Part shown: piece after piece, positions 1-10,703 of the stretch
How positions within the stretch are numbered: position 1 is the stretch's first letter
Layout of the letters: the number at the start of each line of letters is the position of its first letter
The notes under the pieces: generated by a model
Told to the model about the DNA's origin: nothing
Seen by the model: the letters and a program-made list of their open reading frames with translations, nothing else
The model's database searches: none
Assembly: GCA_050916045.1 (NCBI GenBank)
Contig: CP051526.1
Location: forward strand, 896,001-960,000
Reading direction: 5' to 3'
Length of the DNA: 64,000 nucleotides
From: Tepidisphaera sp.
Lineage (GTDB): Bacteria > Planctomycetota > Phycisphaerae > Phycisphaerales > UBA1924
Translations under genes and position numbers: made by a program

Positions 1-10
1 TGAACAACCA

Positions 11-550
11 ATGAGCCAGGCACCGAGTTCCAGTTCATCCCCCGCGGGCCACCCGCCGCACATCCTGATCGAGTTGCGCTCGCATCCGCAATACCTGAGC
101 GGCGTTCGCGAGATGCTTTCGTCGGTGACCAAGCGGCTTGGGTTTTCGGATACACAGTGCTCACAGGTCGCGCTGGCGGTGGATGAGGCGTTGTGCAACG
201 TGATGCGTCACGGGTACAAGCGGCGGACGGACCAGCCGATCTGGGTCAAGGTCTGGCCGCTTGATGCGGGGGGGTCGGAAGCGGCGGAGGGGGCTGAAGC
301 GTCGGCGATCCGGATCGTGATCGAGGATCAGGCCGAGCAGGTCGACCCTTCGGCGATCCGGAGCCGGAACCTTGATGAGATCCGCCCGGGCGGCTTGGGC
401 GTGCACATCATCAAGGAAGTGATGGACGAAGCGACGTACGAGAAGCGCGACGGCGGCGTCGGGATGCGTCTGACGATGGTCAAGAAGCGAGTATCGGACA
501 AGGCTTCGGGAGCGAACGACGGCGGTCTTCGCGGGAGTAGCGTGGCATGA
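11..550 (+). CDS. anti-sigma factor-type Ser/Thr kinase (RsbW/SpoIIAB-like, HATPase_c)
   Basis: LAVDEALCNVMRHGY N-box and RPGGLGVHII G-box; ATGA overlap with downstream STAS gene. Confidence 0.85.
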   Translation: MSQAPSSSSSPAGHPPHILIELRSHPQYLSGVREMLSSVTKRLGFSDTQCSQVALAVDEALCNVMRHGYKRRTDQPIWVKVWPLDAGGSEAAEGAEASAIRIVIEDQAEQVDPSAIRSRNLDEIRPGGLGVHIIKEVMDEATYEKRDGGVGMRLTMVKKRVSDKASGANDGGLRGSSVA

Positions 551-894
551 GCAGCGGACTGTCCAAAGTGGATTACACGGAGAGCGGCGGAACGGCCGTC
601 GTGACTCCGTACGGCGAGATCGGGTACGCCGAAGCGACTTCGTTCCGGACGTACCTCAAGCAGGCGCAGGACAAGCGGACGCCGCGGCTGCTTGTCGATC
701 TGTCCAACGTCGGGTTTATGAGCACCCCCGGGCTTGCGACTCTGGTGGAAGCTCTGCAGACGAGCAAGAAGACGCAGACGGCGCTCATTCTCTGCGGGCT
801 TCAGGATCGGGTCCGGGCGGTCTTTGAGATGTCCCGGCTCCATACGGTCTTTAAAATCGTTCCCAATCTGGCGGCGGCGACGGCGGCGGTCTGA
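547..894 (+). CDS. STAS domain protein (anti-sigma antagonist / MlaB-like)
   Basis: LLVDLSNVGFMSTPGLATLV and RVRAVFEMSRL STAS signatures, 115 aa. Confidence 0.85.
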   Translation: MSSGLSKVDYTESGGTAVVTPYGEIGYAEATSFRTYLKQAQDKRTPRLLVDLSNVGFMSTPGLATLVEALQTSKKTQTALILCGLQDRVRAVFEMSRLHTVFKIVPNLAAATAAV

Positions 895-918
895 AGCCGG
901 CGGATCCGCTAGGATGGC

Positions 919-1779
919 GTGATGTCGGCGAACGTCTTTCAGGATGAGCCCGAACAACCCAGGCGGCCTTGGTTCGTCGTGCAATTCCTGGAAGCCGTGG
1001 GATCGCTGGCGTTCAGCACGCTTGACCATCTGGGAAGCCTGATGCGGCTTTTGGCCGAAACGATCTGGTGGATCGTGCGGTCGTTTTTCCCGGGCGGGGC
1101 GCGGATCGGCCGTCAGGCGATCATTTCGCAGATTGTGCGCGTCGGCGTGCGGTCGGTGGGCATCGTGTCGCTGGTTTCGGCGTGCGTGGGGTTGATCCTG
1201 GCGTTCCAGCTTGCTCCGCCGCTTGACGATTTCGGCAAACGCGACCTGATCGCGAACATCATCGGCGTGGCGATCACGCGCGAGCTTGGTCCGCTGATCG
1301 GGGCGATCGTGCTGACGGGTTTCGCCGGGGCGTCGATCGCGGCGGAGATCGGCACGATGGTGGTGAGCGAAGAGGTGGAAGCCCTGGAAGCCCACGCGCT
1401 GAACCCGGTGCGGTTCCTCGTTGTGCCGCGCGTGCTTGCGAGCGTGCTTGCGATGACGGTGCTGGGGACGGTGTCGACGGCGATGGCTCTTTCGGCGGCG
1501 GCGGTGATTTCGGCGATCGGCTTGGGCGTGCCGTGGGAGAGCTTCAAGACGGGGCTTCTGGACCAGGTGAAGTTCGTCGACTACATCACGGGCGTGGCGA
1601 AGTCGTCGGTTTTCGGGCTGTTGATCGGTGTGATCGCGTGTGCGAACGGGCTGAAGGTCTCGGGGGGCGCGGCGGGCGTCGGTCGGGCGACGACCTCGAC
1701 GGTCGTGCAGTGCGTGGTGGCGATCGTGCTGGCGGACTTGATGTTCACCGCGATCTTCTACGCTTTGCGGCTGTTCTGA
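919..1779 (+). CDS. mlaE: MlaE-family ABC transporter permease
   Basis: RELGPLIGAIVLTG, AEIGTMVVSEEVEALE, LVVPRVLA, GAAGVGRATT motifs; start may be 919 or 922. Confidence 0.9.
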   Translation: MMSANVFQDEPEQPRRPWFVVQFLEAVGSLAFSTLDHLGSLMRLLAETIWWIVRSFFPGGARIGRQAIISQIVRVGVRSVGIVSLVSACVGLILAFQLAPPLDDFGKRDLIANIIGVAITRELGPLIGAIVLTGFAGASIAAEIGTMVVSEEVEALEAHALNPVRFLVVPRVLASVLAMTVLGTVSTAMALSAAAVISAIGLGVPWESFKTGLLDQVKFVDYITGVAKSSVFGLLIGVIACANGLKVSGGAAGVGRATTSTVVQCVVAIVLADLMFTAIFYALRLF

Positions 1780-1782
1780 GCG

Positions 1783-1819
1783 GAAGTCAGGGAGTCAGAA
1801 CGTCACGAAGTCACAGAGT
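1783..1819. repeat. degenerate 8-nt tandem repeat between convergent genes
   Basis: gaagtcag ggagtcag aacgtcac gaagtcac agagt. Confidence 0.55.
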
Positions 1820-1840
1820 GGGTTCGTGATTCGGACGTCA

Positions 1841-2638
1841 TCATTCGCCGTCGGGCAGCTTGAGCTTGAGGATCGTGAGGGCCTGCTTGAGGTCCTTGGG
1901 GAACGGGCTTTTGACGTCGATGGTTTCGCCGGTGACGGGGTGCGTGAAGACGATGCGGTGCGAGTGGAGCGCGAGGCGTGGAGCGATGCCGCGGGTCTGG
2001 GCGGGGGCGTAGAAGCCGTCGCTCAAGATCGGGCAGCCGATGGCGTCGAGGTGGACGCGGACCTGGTGCAAGCGGCCGGTGACGGGGCGGGCTTCGATGA
2101 GGGCGCCGAGGTTGTTGGCGTCGAGCACGCGGTAGGCGGTGAGAGCGGGCTTGCCGGCGGCGGAGATGCGGGCGATCTTGACGTTGCGGCTTTCGTAGAG
2201 GTCGCCCTGGGCGAAGCCGACGGTCTCAAGGATGGATTTCTTGATGACGCCGGAATCGTGCTTGGGGCGGCGTGAGCAGATGGCCCAGTAGAACTTCTTG
2301 ACGGTGCGGGCTTCGAACTGATCGCGGAGGCCGTCGTAGGCTTCGCGCGAGAGAGCGGCGACGAGAAGGCCGCTGGTTTCGCGGTCGAGGCGGTGGAGAA
2401 GGCCGTAGTCTCGGACCTCGCCGAGCTTTTGCAAGCGGATGCCCCAGGGTGTGGACTTGCCGGTGGCTTTGTCCTCGGAGCTTCCGGCGAAGAGGCCGTT
2501 GAGGAGGGAATCGGTGAGGTGCCCCTTGCCGGGCTGGGTGACCAGACCGTGCGGCTTGTCGAGCACGAGGACGTGCTCGTCCTGGTGGCGGATTTTGAAG
2601 CGGACCTTGGGATTGGGCTCGATGGAGAACTGGGGCAC
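1841..2638 (-). CDS. RluA-family pseudouridine synthase
   Basis: LDKPHGL, HRLDRETSG catalytic motif, TGRLHQVRVH, ALH. Confidence 0.92.
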   Translation of the reverse strand: MPQFSIEPNPKVRFKIRHQDEHVLVLDKPHGLVTQPGKGHLTDSLLNGLFAGSSEDKATGKSTPWGIRLQKLGEVRDYGLLHRLDRETSGLLVAALSREAYDGLRDQFEARTVKKFYWAICSRRPKHDSGVIKKSILETVGFAQGDLYESRNVKIARISAAGKPALTAYRVLDANNLGALIEARPVTGRLHQVRVHLDAIGCPILSDGFYAPAQTRGIAPRLALHSHRIVFTHPVTGETIDVKSPFPKDLKQALTILKLKLPDGE

Positions 2639-2700
2639 GGGGGAGGGTAGGGGAGACGGAGGGCCAGATTTTCAGATGGCCAGAGGACCAAGGAAGAGAG

Positions 2701-3426
2701 CTACTTCGTGCCCGCGCTCGGGCTCGCGCACTCGGGGCAAGGGGAATCGGGTGCGAGTCCGGTGCGTTGGTATCCGCAGCCCGGGCAGAGGCTTCGGCGG
2801 ACGCGTCGGCGGCGGATCGTGGCTTTGATGGCGAATGCGGCGAAGAGGTAGAGGCCGGCGTAGAAGACGGTGTTGGCGGCGAGGCCGGGGAGGGGGCGGA
2901 TGGGGATGAAGCGTTCGTAAAGGGCGGCTTCTCGGCGCATTTCAGGCGGAACGCCGATGCTGCCGCGAAATTCGGGCGGGCTCTTCCACAGACCGCGACT
3001 GATTCCGGTCAGACAGTGCATCGGCCAGCCGGCGCGGACTTCGTTGACCATGTACATCCCAGCGCTGACCTGATCTCCGATGTCCAGGTACTGGAGTTGA
3101 ATGTGGTCAAGCCCAACGCCGTGAAACGCGTAGCAAGTAACGTCCTTGCGAATGACCGTCGACCGCTGTGGGCGCTCGGCCCAAGCGGGGTTGATGCGTG
3201 CTTCAAACGATGTCGCCAAGCGGTCCGCTTCGGGGAACGGGCGATGGGTCTCGGAGAGGATTGATTCCCTGGGCTTCCAGGTGTCGCCTTCTCGCGTGAA
3301 ACGGGCAAACTCGACAGCGTTGGACCTGTAGTCGAAAGTTGACGTCAAGGCGGCAATCGCGGCGACGGCGATGGATGTCAGCAAGCCAGCGCCGCACGAC
3401 AGCAACAAGGTCCGCGAACGGCTCAT
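2701..3426 (-). CDS. membrane protein with C-terminal CxxC...CxxC zinc finger
   Basis: N-terminal TM (MSRSRTLLLS), GWP motif, second TM, then RRR-CPGCGY...CPEC; ATG overlaps stop of upstream gene. Confidence 0.7.
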   Translation of the reverse strand: MSRSRTLLLSCGAGLLTSIAVAAIAALTSTFDYRSNAVEFARFTREGDTWKPRESILSETHRPFPEADRLATSFEARINPAWAERPQRSTVIRKDVTCYAFHGVGLDHIQLQYLDIGDQVSAGMYMVNEVRAGWPMHCLTGISRGLWKSPPEFRGSIGVPPEMRREAALYERFIPIRPLPGLAANTVFYAGLYLFAAFAIKATIRRRRVRRSLCPGCGYQRTGLAPDSPCPECASPSAGTK

Positions 3427-4268
3427 TCCATGCTCGCGGCGTCGAGGTACCAGCGGAGTTCGCCGGCGTGGGGGCGGAGGCGGAGCCCGAGGGGCATTTC
3501 GCCCGAGGGGGTCTTGCGTTCCACGGGGGGCGTCGCTCGCCATTGATCGGAGAGCTCGCGAGCGGCTTTCTGGCCGACGCCGATGACCGCGAGGAAGCGG
3601 GCGGCGTTGAGGAGGTCCATGGTCATCATGGAACCCAGGCCGTGCGGGGCTTGCATGATGAGCGTGCCGGGCGGGCTTGCGAGCACGGGGCGGACGAGGG
3701 GTGAAGCGGGGTCGAGGGAGAGGATGACGTGATCGAGGCGGTCGTGGCCGCGTTCGCGCCAGCCGAGGGTTTCGCGGAGGGTCGCTTCATACATCGCGAG
3801 GGTGGACTCATCGCCGGGGTACGAGGGCGGGAGCGGGTGGAACTGCTCGAGCGGAAGGTCGGAATGCTCGACGAGCAGGCCCTTGATGGATTCGCTTCCG
3901 TGGATCTCGTGCTCAGTGTCGGAGATCCAGAGGTGGGTGCGCTTCCAAGGGAGGTCGCGCATCTGCGGGTCCCACATGAGGCGGGCGAGGAAGGGCTCGG
4001 CGGCGGCGGTAGCGGTGACGGCGAGGTGGAAGTCGCCGAAGGTGCGGACGCAGTTGTTGGCTTGGATGAGGAGGTCGGCGCAGGCGGCGTCGTAGACCTC
4101 GTCGGGGGTGGCCCGGAGCACGACGCCGCCGCCGGGCAGGGTGGGGCGGAGGTGGGCGGTCGCGAGCGGCTCCAGACCGATCAAGTCGGGCTCGGGCGGG
4201 GAGGGGGGCGAGGGCGGAGATGGGGGTTGGTCGGCGGGTGTGGTCAAGTTGCTACCGTTGACCATCAT
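3423..4268 (-). CDS. 6-phosphogluconolactonase-like protein, degenerate active site
   Basis: ANNCVRTFGDFHLA, LPWKRTHLW, YEATLRE, GELRWYLDAA; start uncertain. Confidence 0.65.
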   Translation of the reverse strand: MMVNGSNLTTPADQPPSPPSPPSPPEPDLIGLEPLATAHLRPTLPGGGVVLRATPDEVYDAACADLLIQANNCVRTFGDFHLAVTATAAAEPFLARLMWDPQMRDLPWKRTHLWISDTEHEIHGSESIKGLLVEHSDLPLEQFHPLPPSYPGDESTLAMYEATLRETLGWRERGHDRLDHVILSLDPASPLVRPVLASPPGTLIMQAPHGLGSMMTMDLLNAARFLAVIGVGQKAARELSDQWRATPPVERKTPSGEMPLGLRLRPHAGELRWYLDAASME

Positions 4269-4331
4269 ATGGAAATCGGGCCTGAAACGCGCGCGTCGCA
4301 GAGCCCGCCGCCGAGGAGCGTGCGGGAGGGG

Positions 4332-5405
4332 ATGCTTCGCCTGATCGATGCGAACCTGAACCGGGCCACGGAGGGGTTGCGGGTCGCGGACGACCTCGCG
4401 CGGTTCGTGCTTGACGATGGCGGGCTCAGCGGGGAGTTCAAAGCCATTCGGCACGGGGTGGTGGAGGCGGTTCGGGCGACGGGGGTGGATGCGGCGGCAC
4501 GGCTTCTGTCGCGGGACACGGTGGGTGATGTCGGGACGGGCCTCACCGCTTCGGGCGAGGGCAGGCGGGCGGACGTCGCGAGCGTCGGGGAAGCCGCTTG
4601 CGGGCGGGCGGCGGAAGCGATGCGGGCGATCGAGGAAGCTTGCAAGCTTTTGGGTGCCGCGGGGTCGGCCCGGGACGTCGAAGCCCTGCGGTACCGGCTG
4701 TACACGGCGGGGGCGCGGCTGACGCTCAAGCTCTCGGCGGGGCGGAGCGGGAAGCAGTGGCGGCTTTGCGTCCTGGTGACCGAAGCGCTCTGCACGCAGC
4801 ATTCGTGGGAGCGGGTGGTGGAGGAAGCGATCGCGGGGGGAGCGGACTGCGTGCAGCTTCGCGAGAAGACGATGGATGCGGGCGAGATGCTCGTGCGGGC
4901 CAAGCGGCTTGTCGAGATCGCGCGGGCGTCGGCACGGGCGGACGGGTCGCGGGCGTCGGTGGTGATCAATGATCGGCCGGACATCGCGCTGCTCGCGGGG
5001 GCGGATGGCGTGCATGTCGGGCAGCATGACCTGCCGGTCGCGGCGGTGCGGAAGCTCGCGGGGTTCACGCTTGCGGTGGGAGTCTCGACGGCGAATCTTG
5101 AGCAGGCCAAGCGTGCGAAAGCGGAGGGAGCGGACAGCGTGGGGCTGGGGCCGATGTTTGTCTCGGGGACCAAACCCAAGCCGGAGCTTGCGGGCTTGGG
5201 GTATCTGCGAGCGTTCCTCGCGGAGGCGGAAGTGGCGGGCATGCCGCACCTGGCGATCAGCGGGATCACGCCGGAGAATGTGGGCGAGCTTTGGGCGGCG
5301 GGGTGCCGCGGGGTGGCGGTGTCGAGCGTCGTGTGCGGGGCGCGGGATCCGCGAGCGGTGTGCGAGAAGCTGCTCGCGGGGGCGGCGGCGGAGCGGACGG
5401 CGTGA
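4332..5405 (+). CDS. thiE: thiamine-phosphate synthase, long form with N-terminal extension
   Basis: RLIDANLNRATEGLRV N-domain; VQLREK, INDRPDIA, GVHVGQHD, AISGIT motifs. Confidence 0.92.
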   Translation: MLRLIDANLNRATEGLRVADDLARFVLDDGGLSGEFKAIRHGVVEAVRATGVDAAARLLSRDTVGDVGTGLTASGEGRRADVASVGEAACGRAAEAMRAIEEACKLLGAAGSARDVEALRYRLYTAGARLTLKLSAGRSGKQWRLCVLVTEALCTQHSWERVVEEAIAGGADCVQLREKTMDAGEMLVRAKRLVEIARASARADGSRASVVINDRPDIALLAGADGVHVGQHDLPVAAVRKLAGFTLAVGVSTANLEQAKRAKAEGADSVGLGPMFVSGTKPKPELAGLGYLRAFLAEAEVAGMPHLAISGITPENVGELWAAGCRGVAVSSVVCGARDPRAVCEKLLAGAAAERTA

Positions 5406-6682
5406 GCCGGGCGGAACTGGAATCGCTGATCCGAGCGGCGCTCCTTGCGGCGTCGCCGGGTGAGTGTCTTCGGAAGCACTGGCCGTCGGACCTGGCGGGA
5501 CCGGTGTCTGTGCTCGCGATCGGGAAAGCGTCGCTGGGTTTGGCGGAAGCGGCGCGAGCGGTGCTCGGTGACAGGCTCGCGGGCGGCGTGGTGACGGCGC
5601 CGCCGGAGCTGGCTCTTTCGGCGGGTGGAGTGTTGCCGGGGTGGTATGTGTTCGCTGCGGATCATCCGCTTGCGACGGAGCGGAATGTGCAAGCGGCACG
5701 GGCGGTGCTTGAGTTCGTTCGCGCGGTGCCGCGAGAATTGACGCTTTTGGTGCTGCTTTCGGGCGGAGGCTCGGCGCATCTCACGCTTCCGGCGGGGAGC
5801 TTGACGCTTGAGGATGTGCGGAGCGTGACGCGGGCGTTGCAACGGGCGGGAGCGGCGATTGATGAGCTGAACGCGGTGCGGAAGCACTGCGAATGGCTGA
5901 AGGGCGGCAGGCTCGCGGCGGAATGCGGGGCGGCGCGGATCGTGACGCTTGCGATGTCGGATGTCGAGGGTGACAAGCCGGAGGTGATCGCTTCGGGACC
6001 GACGGTGGCGGATCCGACGACGTATGCGGATGCGCTCGCGGTTCTGGACAAATACGGGGTTGGAGTGGGCGCGGTGCGTGAGCATCTGCTTGCGGGCGAG
6101 CGGGGTGAGCATCCGGAGACGATCAAGCCCGGGGATCCGGTGCTTGCGAGGACGAGTTGGAGCCTGATCGCGAACAACGGGACGGTAGTTGATGCGGTGG
6201 CGAAAGCAGCGGGGGATCGTGGCTTGTTCGTCGTTCGAGAGGATCGGTTCGTCTCGGGCGAAGCCAGCAAAGCGGGCAAGCGGTTTGGAGCCAAGCTCGC
6301 CGAGCTTGCGTCACAGGGGAAGCCCGCGTGCTTGATCGCTGGTGGTGAGCCCGTGGTAAACGTCGGGTCGGCGAGCGGCGCGGGCGGGCCGAGCCAGGAA
6401 TTCGCGCTCGCGGCGGCTCTGGCGATCGCGGGTGTGGAGGGGGTGCAACTCGCGGCCCTGTCGACCGATGGTGTCGACGGGCCGCCGGAGGGGGGAAACG
6501 ATTACGCGGGAGCGATCGTGGACGGGATGACGGTCGCACGGGCTCGGGCGATGGGCTTGGATGCTTGCGGCATGCTTGAAACGCACGACTCGGCGACGTT
6601 CTTCGCGAAGCTCGGCGATGCGATCCGCACCGGGCCGACGGGGACGAACCTGAATCACATCTTCATCGGGCTGACCGGCTGA
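5402..6682 (+). CDS. glycerate kinase type 2 (TtuD/MOFRL family)
   Basis: AIGKAS, LLSGGGSA, LNAVRKH..KGG, SDV..IASGPT, TDGVDG, TGPTGTNLN; GTG overlaps thiE stop. Confidence 0.9.
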   Translation: MSRAELESLIRAALLAASPGECLRKHWPSDLAGPVSVLAIGKASLGLAEAARAVLGDRLAGGVVTAPPELALSAGGVLPGWYVFAADHPLATERNVQAARAVLEFVRAVPRELTLLVLLSGGGSAHLTLPAGSLTLEDVRSVTRALQRAGAAIDELNAVRKHCEWLKGGRLAAECGAARIVTLAMSDVEGDKPEVIASGPTVADPTTYADALAVLDKYGVGVGAVREHLLAGERGEHPETIKPGDPVLARTSWSLIANNGTVVDAVAKAAGDRGLFVVREDRFVSGEASKAGKRFGAKLAELASQGKPACLIAGGEPVVNVGSASGAGGPSQEFALAAALAIAGVEGVQLAALSTDGVDGPPEGGNDYAGAIVDGMTVARARAMGLDACGMLETHDSATFFAKLGDAIRTGPTGTNLNHIFIGLTG

Positions 6683-6685
6683 GGC

Positions 6686-7090
6686 TTACCGCTTGAAGAA
6701 CCCCTTCACGCGCTCTGCGAGCGTGAGTTCGCTGAGGTCCTTGAGTTCACCGGCGTCGAGCAGGACGCCGCCGCACTGGCGGCAGAGGTCGATCATGACG
6801 TGCGGCTGGCGCGGGTCGGGGATCTGGAGGAGCGTCGAGTGGTCGCGCGGGCACTCGCGGGTGATCGCTCCGTGCACCTCGTAGTCGTACTGGCGAGCGG
6901 CGCCGTAGTCGACCTCGTCGATCTTGAACCCCGCATCCTTGGCTTGGATCGTCTTCTCGAGTTCGTACGCGTCGAACCAGATGGCTCCGCAGCGGCCGCA
7001 GTGGTCGACGTTGAAGTCGCCCACGGGCATCTTCTCCATGATGGTGGCATCTTTGGGGCAACGGATTTTGCCGGGCGGGGTGAGTTCCAT
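6686..7090 (-). CDS. tandem zf-TFIIB zinc-ribbon protein
   Basis: two CPxD...D-CxxC-G-x-(W/L)-(F/L)DxxEL units. Confidence 0.85.
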   Translation of the reverse strand: MELTPPGKIRCPKDATIMEKMPVGDFNVDHCGRCGAIWFDAYELEKTIQAKDAGFKIDEVDYGAARQYDYEVHGAITRECPRDHSTLLQIPDPRQPHVMIDLCRQCGGVLLDAGELKDLSELTLAERVKGFFKR

Positions 7091-7176
7091 GGGGGGATTC
7101 TAGCGGCGTGTGCAAGGTCCTCGTCGAAATGCACCCCTCACCGCCCTCCGCAAAGCCTGCGGGCACCTCTCGCCGT

Positions 7177-7932
7177 TCAGAGCGACGGGGAGGGTTGGGG
7201 CGTGACCGGCTCGAGGCCGCATTCCGGGCAGCGGGCGGCTGGGGTGTGGGCGTTTCGGTCGTAGCCGCAGGCGGGGCAGTGGTTCCGCTTGAGGCGGGAA
7301 CGGCGGATAAGCAGGCGGCGGATCGGGAATGCGATGAGCACCACTCCGCCGAAGATCGCAGCGTTGGCGAAGAGGCCGGACCAGATCGGCGTCGCGGGGA
7401 TGTGGCGCGGGGTGAGTGCGCTGCCTTTGTCGACCATCCACCCGGGGTACTCGCCGGCGCTGAACCACGCGGGTTTGATGGCGACGGCTTCGAAGGAGTG
7501 GGCTTGAAGGACGGGGAAGGGCCAGCCGACGCGAATGGAGATGACGCGGACGCGCTCGAAAGCGACGCCGCCGGTCTGTGTCGTGAAGTGAATGAAGGCT
7601 TCCAGGTCCTCGGTTTCAAGGGCGAATCCGCGGCTCACGATCAGGTGCTGGAAGTTGCTGAACTCCGGCGTGCCGTCGGTTGGGGCCCACATGGTGCCGG
7701 GCAGCGAGGTGAGGCGGTCAAGGCGAGCGAGAGCGTCGGCCGGCTTGGGCAGGTTGCCGCGCGTGAAGTCGTAGTCCCAGGGCTGGTGCGAGAAGGGCTT
7801 GTTGCGAGAGGCTTCCGCGACGCGGACGGGCTCGGAGCGGGCGGCGGCGAAGAGAGCGATCGCGATAGCGAGACCGACGCCGATGAGCGGCGCGGCAAGG
7901 AGGAGCAGGAATGTGGAGCGGTGTCGCGTCAG
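7177..7932 (-). CDS. membrane protein with C-terminal zinc finger; probable CTG start
   Basis: frame open upstream of ATG 7692 through a TM segment to a CTG at 7932 preceded by GGAGGT; GWP motif; ends CPACGYD...CPECG. Confidence 0.6.
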   Translation of the reverse strand: MTRHRSTFLLLLAAPLIGVGLAIAIALFAAARSEPVRVAEASRNKPFSHQPWDYDFTRGNLPKPADALARLDRLTSLPGTMWAPTDGTPEFSNFQHLIVSRGFALETEDLEAFIHFTTQTGGVAFERVRVISIRVGWPFPVLQAHSFEAVAIKPAWFSAGEYPGWMVDKGSALTPRHIPATPIWSGLFANAAIFGGVVLIAFPIRRLLIRRSRLKRNHCPACGYDRNAHTPAARCPECGLEPVTPQPSPSL

Positions 7933-7963
7933 ACGCTTCGACCTCCGAAAAGCGACGTTCTCG

Positions 7964-9226
<1,263 letters not shown>

Positions 9227-9297
9227 CACCCGATCGTAGTGGGGCGGGGTTCGGCCGGTTCGGGATGCTCGGAAAAGACCGGCCGGGTCGGGTGGGG

Positions 9298-10623
9298 TTA
9301 GGCCCGGATGTTCCGGGTTGCCCAGGTCGCGACGATCAGGCCAAGCCCGCAAAGACAAGCTCCGATGAAGAACGAGAGCCCGGGAACGTTGTACGGGGGT
9401 GTCGCTTCCTTGGAGATCGCGTACGAGAAGGCGGAGGTCGCGATGAGCGGGCCCAGGATCTGCGCGCCGCTTTGCAAGCTTCCCATCGCGCCCTGGACCA
9501 GCCCCTGTTCGTCGGGCTTGACGGTCTTGGTGACGATCGCTTGGAACGCCGGCTGGGCGATCCCGCCCAGCGAAGCGACGAGGACGATCGCGTAGATCAT
9601 CCACCCCTCGGATGCCAAGCCGTACCCGACGTACGCGAGCATGCCGATAAAGGCGCCGATGAGCAGCGCCCGGCGTTCGCCGGCTTTGCCCGGGCCCAGA
9701 GCCGGGATGACCTTGCGAGCCAGCCCGCCCTGCACCGCCGCCGCACCGATGCCGACCACGGTGAGCGAGAGGCCGACCTGCCACGATTCCCACTTGTACC
9801 GGTATTCGGTGTAGTTCACCCAGGTCGCGTGCAGGCCGAACATCGCGAGGTTCATGAGGAACAGCGCCCCGACCATCCCCGCGACCATCGGATACCGGCC
9901 CAGGCCCGCGACCGCTCCGATCGGATTGGCTTTCTCCAGGCTGAAACGCGAGCGTCGCTCGCGTGGGAGCGATTCCGGCAACACGAAGTACCCGTAAAGC
10001 CAGTTCGCCAGAGAGAGGCCGCCGGCGGCGTAGAAGGGCAGGTGGATGTCGATCGACCCCAGCACGCCGCCGAGCACCGGCCCCACGACGAACCCGATGC
10101 CGAAAGCCGCTCCGATCATGCCGAACGCGCCCGCACGCTTCTCCGGCGGCGTCACGTCCGCGACGTAGGCCGAACAGACGGCCATGCTCGCGCCCGAGAT
10201 GCCGTTGAGAGCCCGCGTGATGAACAGAAACGCGAGGTTCGGCGAAAACGCCATCGCGAAATAGTCCAAGCCCGAGCCGAACATCGAGACCAGAAGCAGC
10301 GGCCGCCGACCGAACCGGTCCGACAGCGCCCCGAGGATCGGCGAGAAGATCAACTGCATCGCCGCGTACGTCGAAACCAGCCACCCGAACATCGTCGCCG
10401 CGGCCGCGATGCCCTCCGCGGTCTCGCCCACTCCCATCAGCGATCGGATCAGCTTGGGTGCGACCGGGATCAGAAGCCCGAACCCCAGCACATCCAGGAG
10501 AAGCGTCACGAAGATGAACCCGAGTGCCGGCTTGCGGCCCGCGGGGTGGTCCCCCGGCGGCTTGGCTGCGGGGTCGGTCGGCGGGCTTGGCTGCGGGGGT
10601 GGTGGAGCGGGCGGGTTGGTCAC
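9298..10623 (-). CDS. TetA/TCR-like MFS transporter
   Basis: motif A GALSDRFGRRPLLL, GAAFGIGFVVGPVLGG motif C, LPESL. Confidence 0.9.
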   Translation of the reverse strand: MTNPPAPPPPQPSPPTDPAAKPPGDHPAGRKPALGFIFVTLLLDVLGFGLLIPVAPKLIRSLMGVGETAEGIAAAATMFGWLVSTYAAMQLIFSPILGALSDRFGRRPLLLVSMFGSGLDYFAMAFSPNLAFLFITRALNGISGASMAVCSAYVADVTPPEKRAGAFGMIGAAFGIGFVVGPVLGGVLGSIDIHLPFYAAGGLSLANWLYGYFVLPESLPRERRSRFSLEKANPIGAVAGLGRYPMVAGMVGALFLMNLAMFGLHATWVNYTEYRYKWESWQVGLSLTVVGIGAAAVQGGLARKVIPALGPGKAGERRALLIGAFIGMLAYVGYGLASEGWMIYAIVLVASLGGIAQPAFQAIVTKTVKPDEQGLVQGAMGSLQSGAQILGPLIATSAFSYAISKEATPPYNVPGLSFFIGACLCGLGLIVATWATRNIRA

Positions 10624-10703
10624 ATCGGTCCTTGTCGCGAAAGGTCGCCTTGAGGTTATGGACGCTCCACCCCGGCCGGCCGCGGACGTGGTACGCTCCG
10701 CGC

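Noticed and set aside
9298..10623. Acquired tetracycline resistance gene
   Set aside because: TetA-like motifs only; no tetR or mobile context, and substrate cannot be inferred
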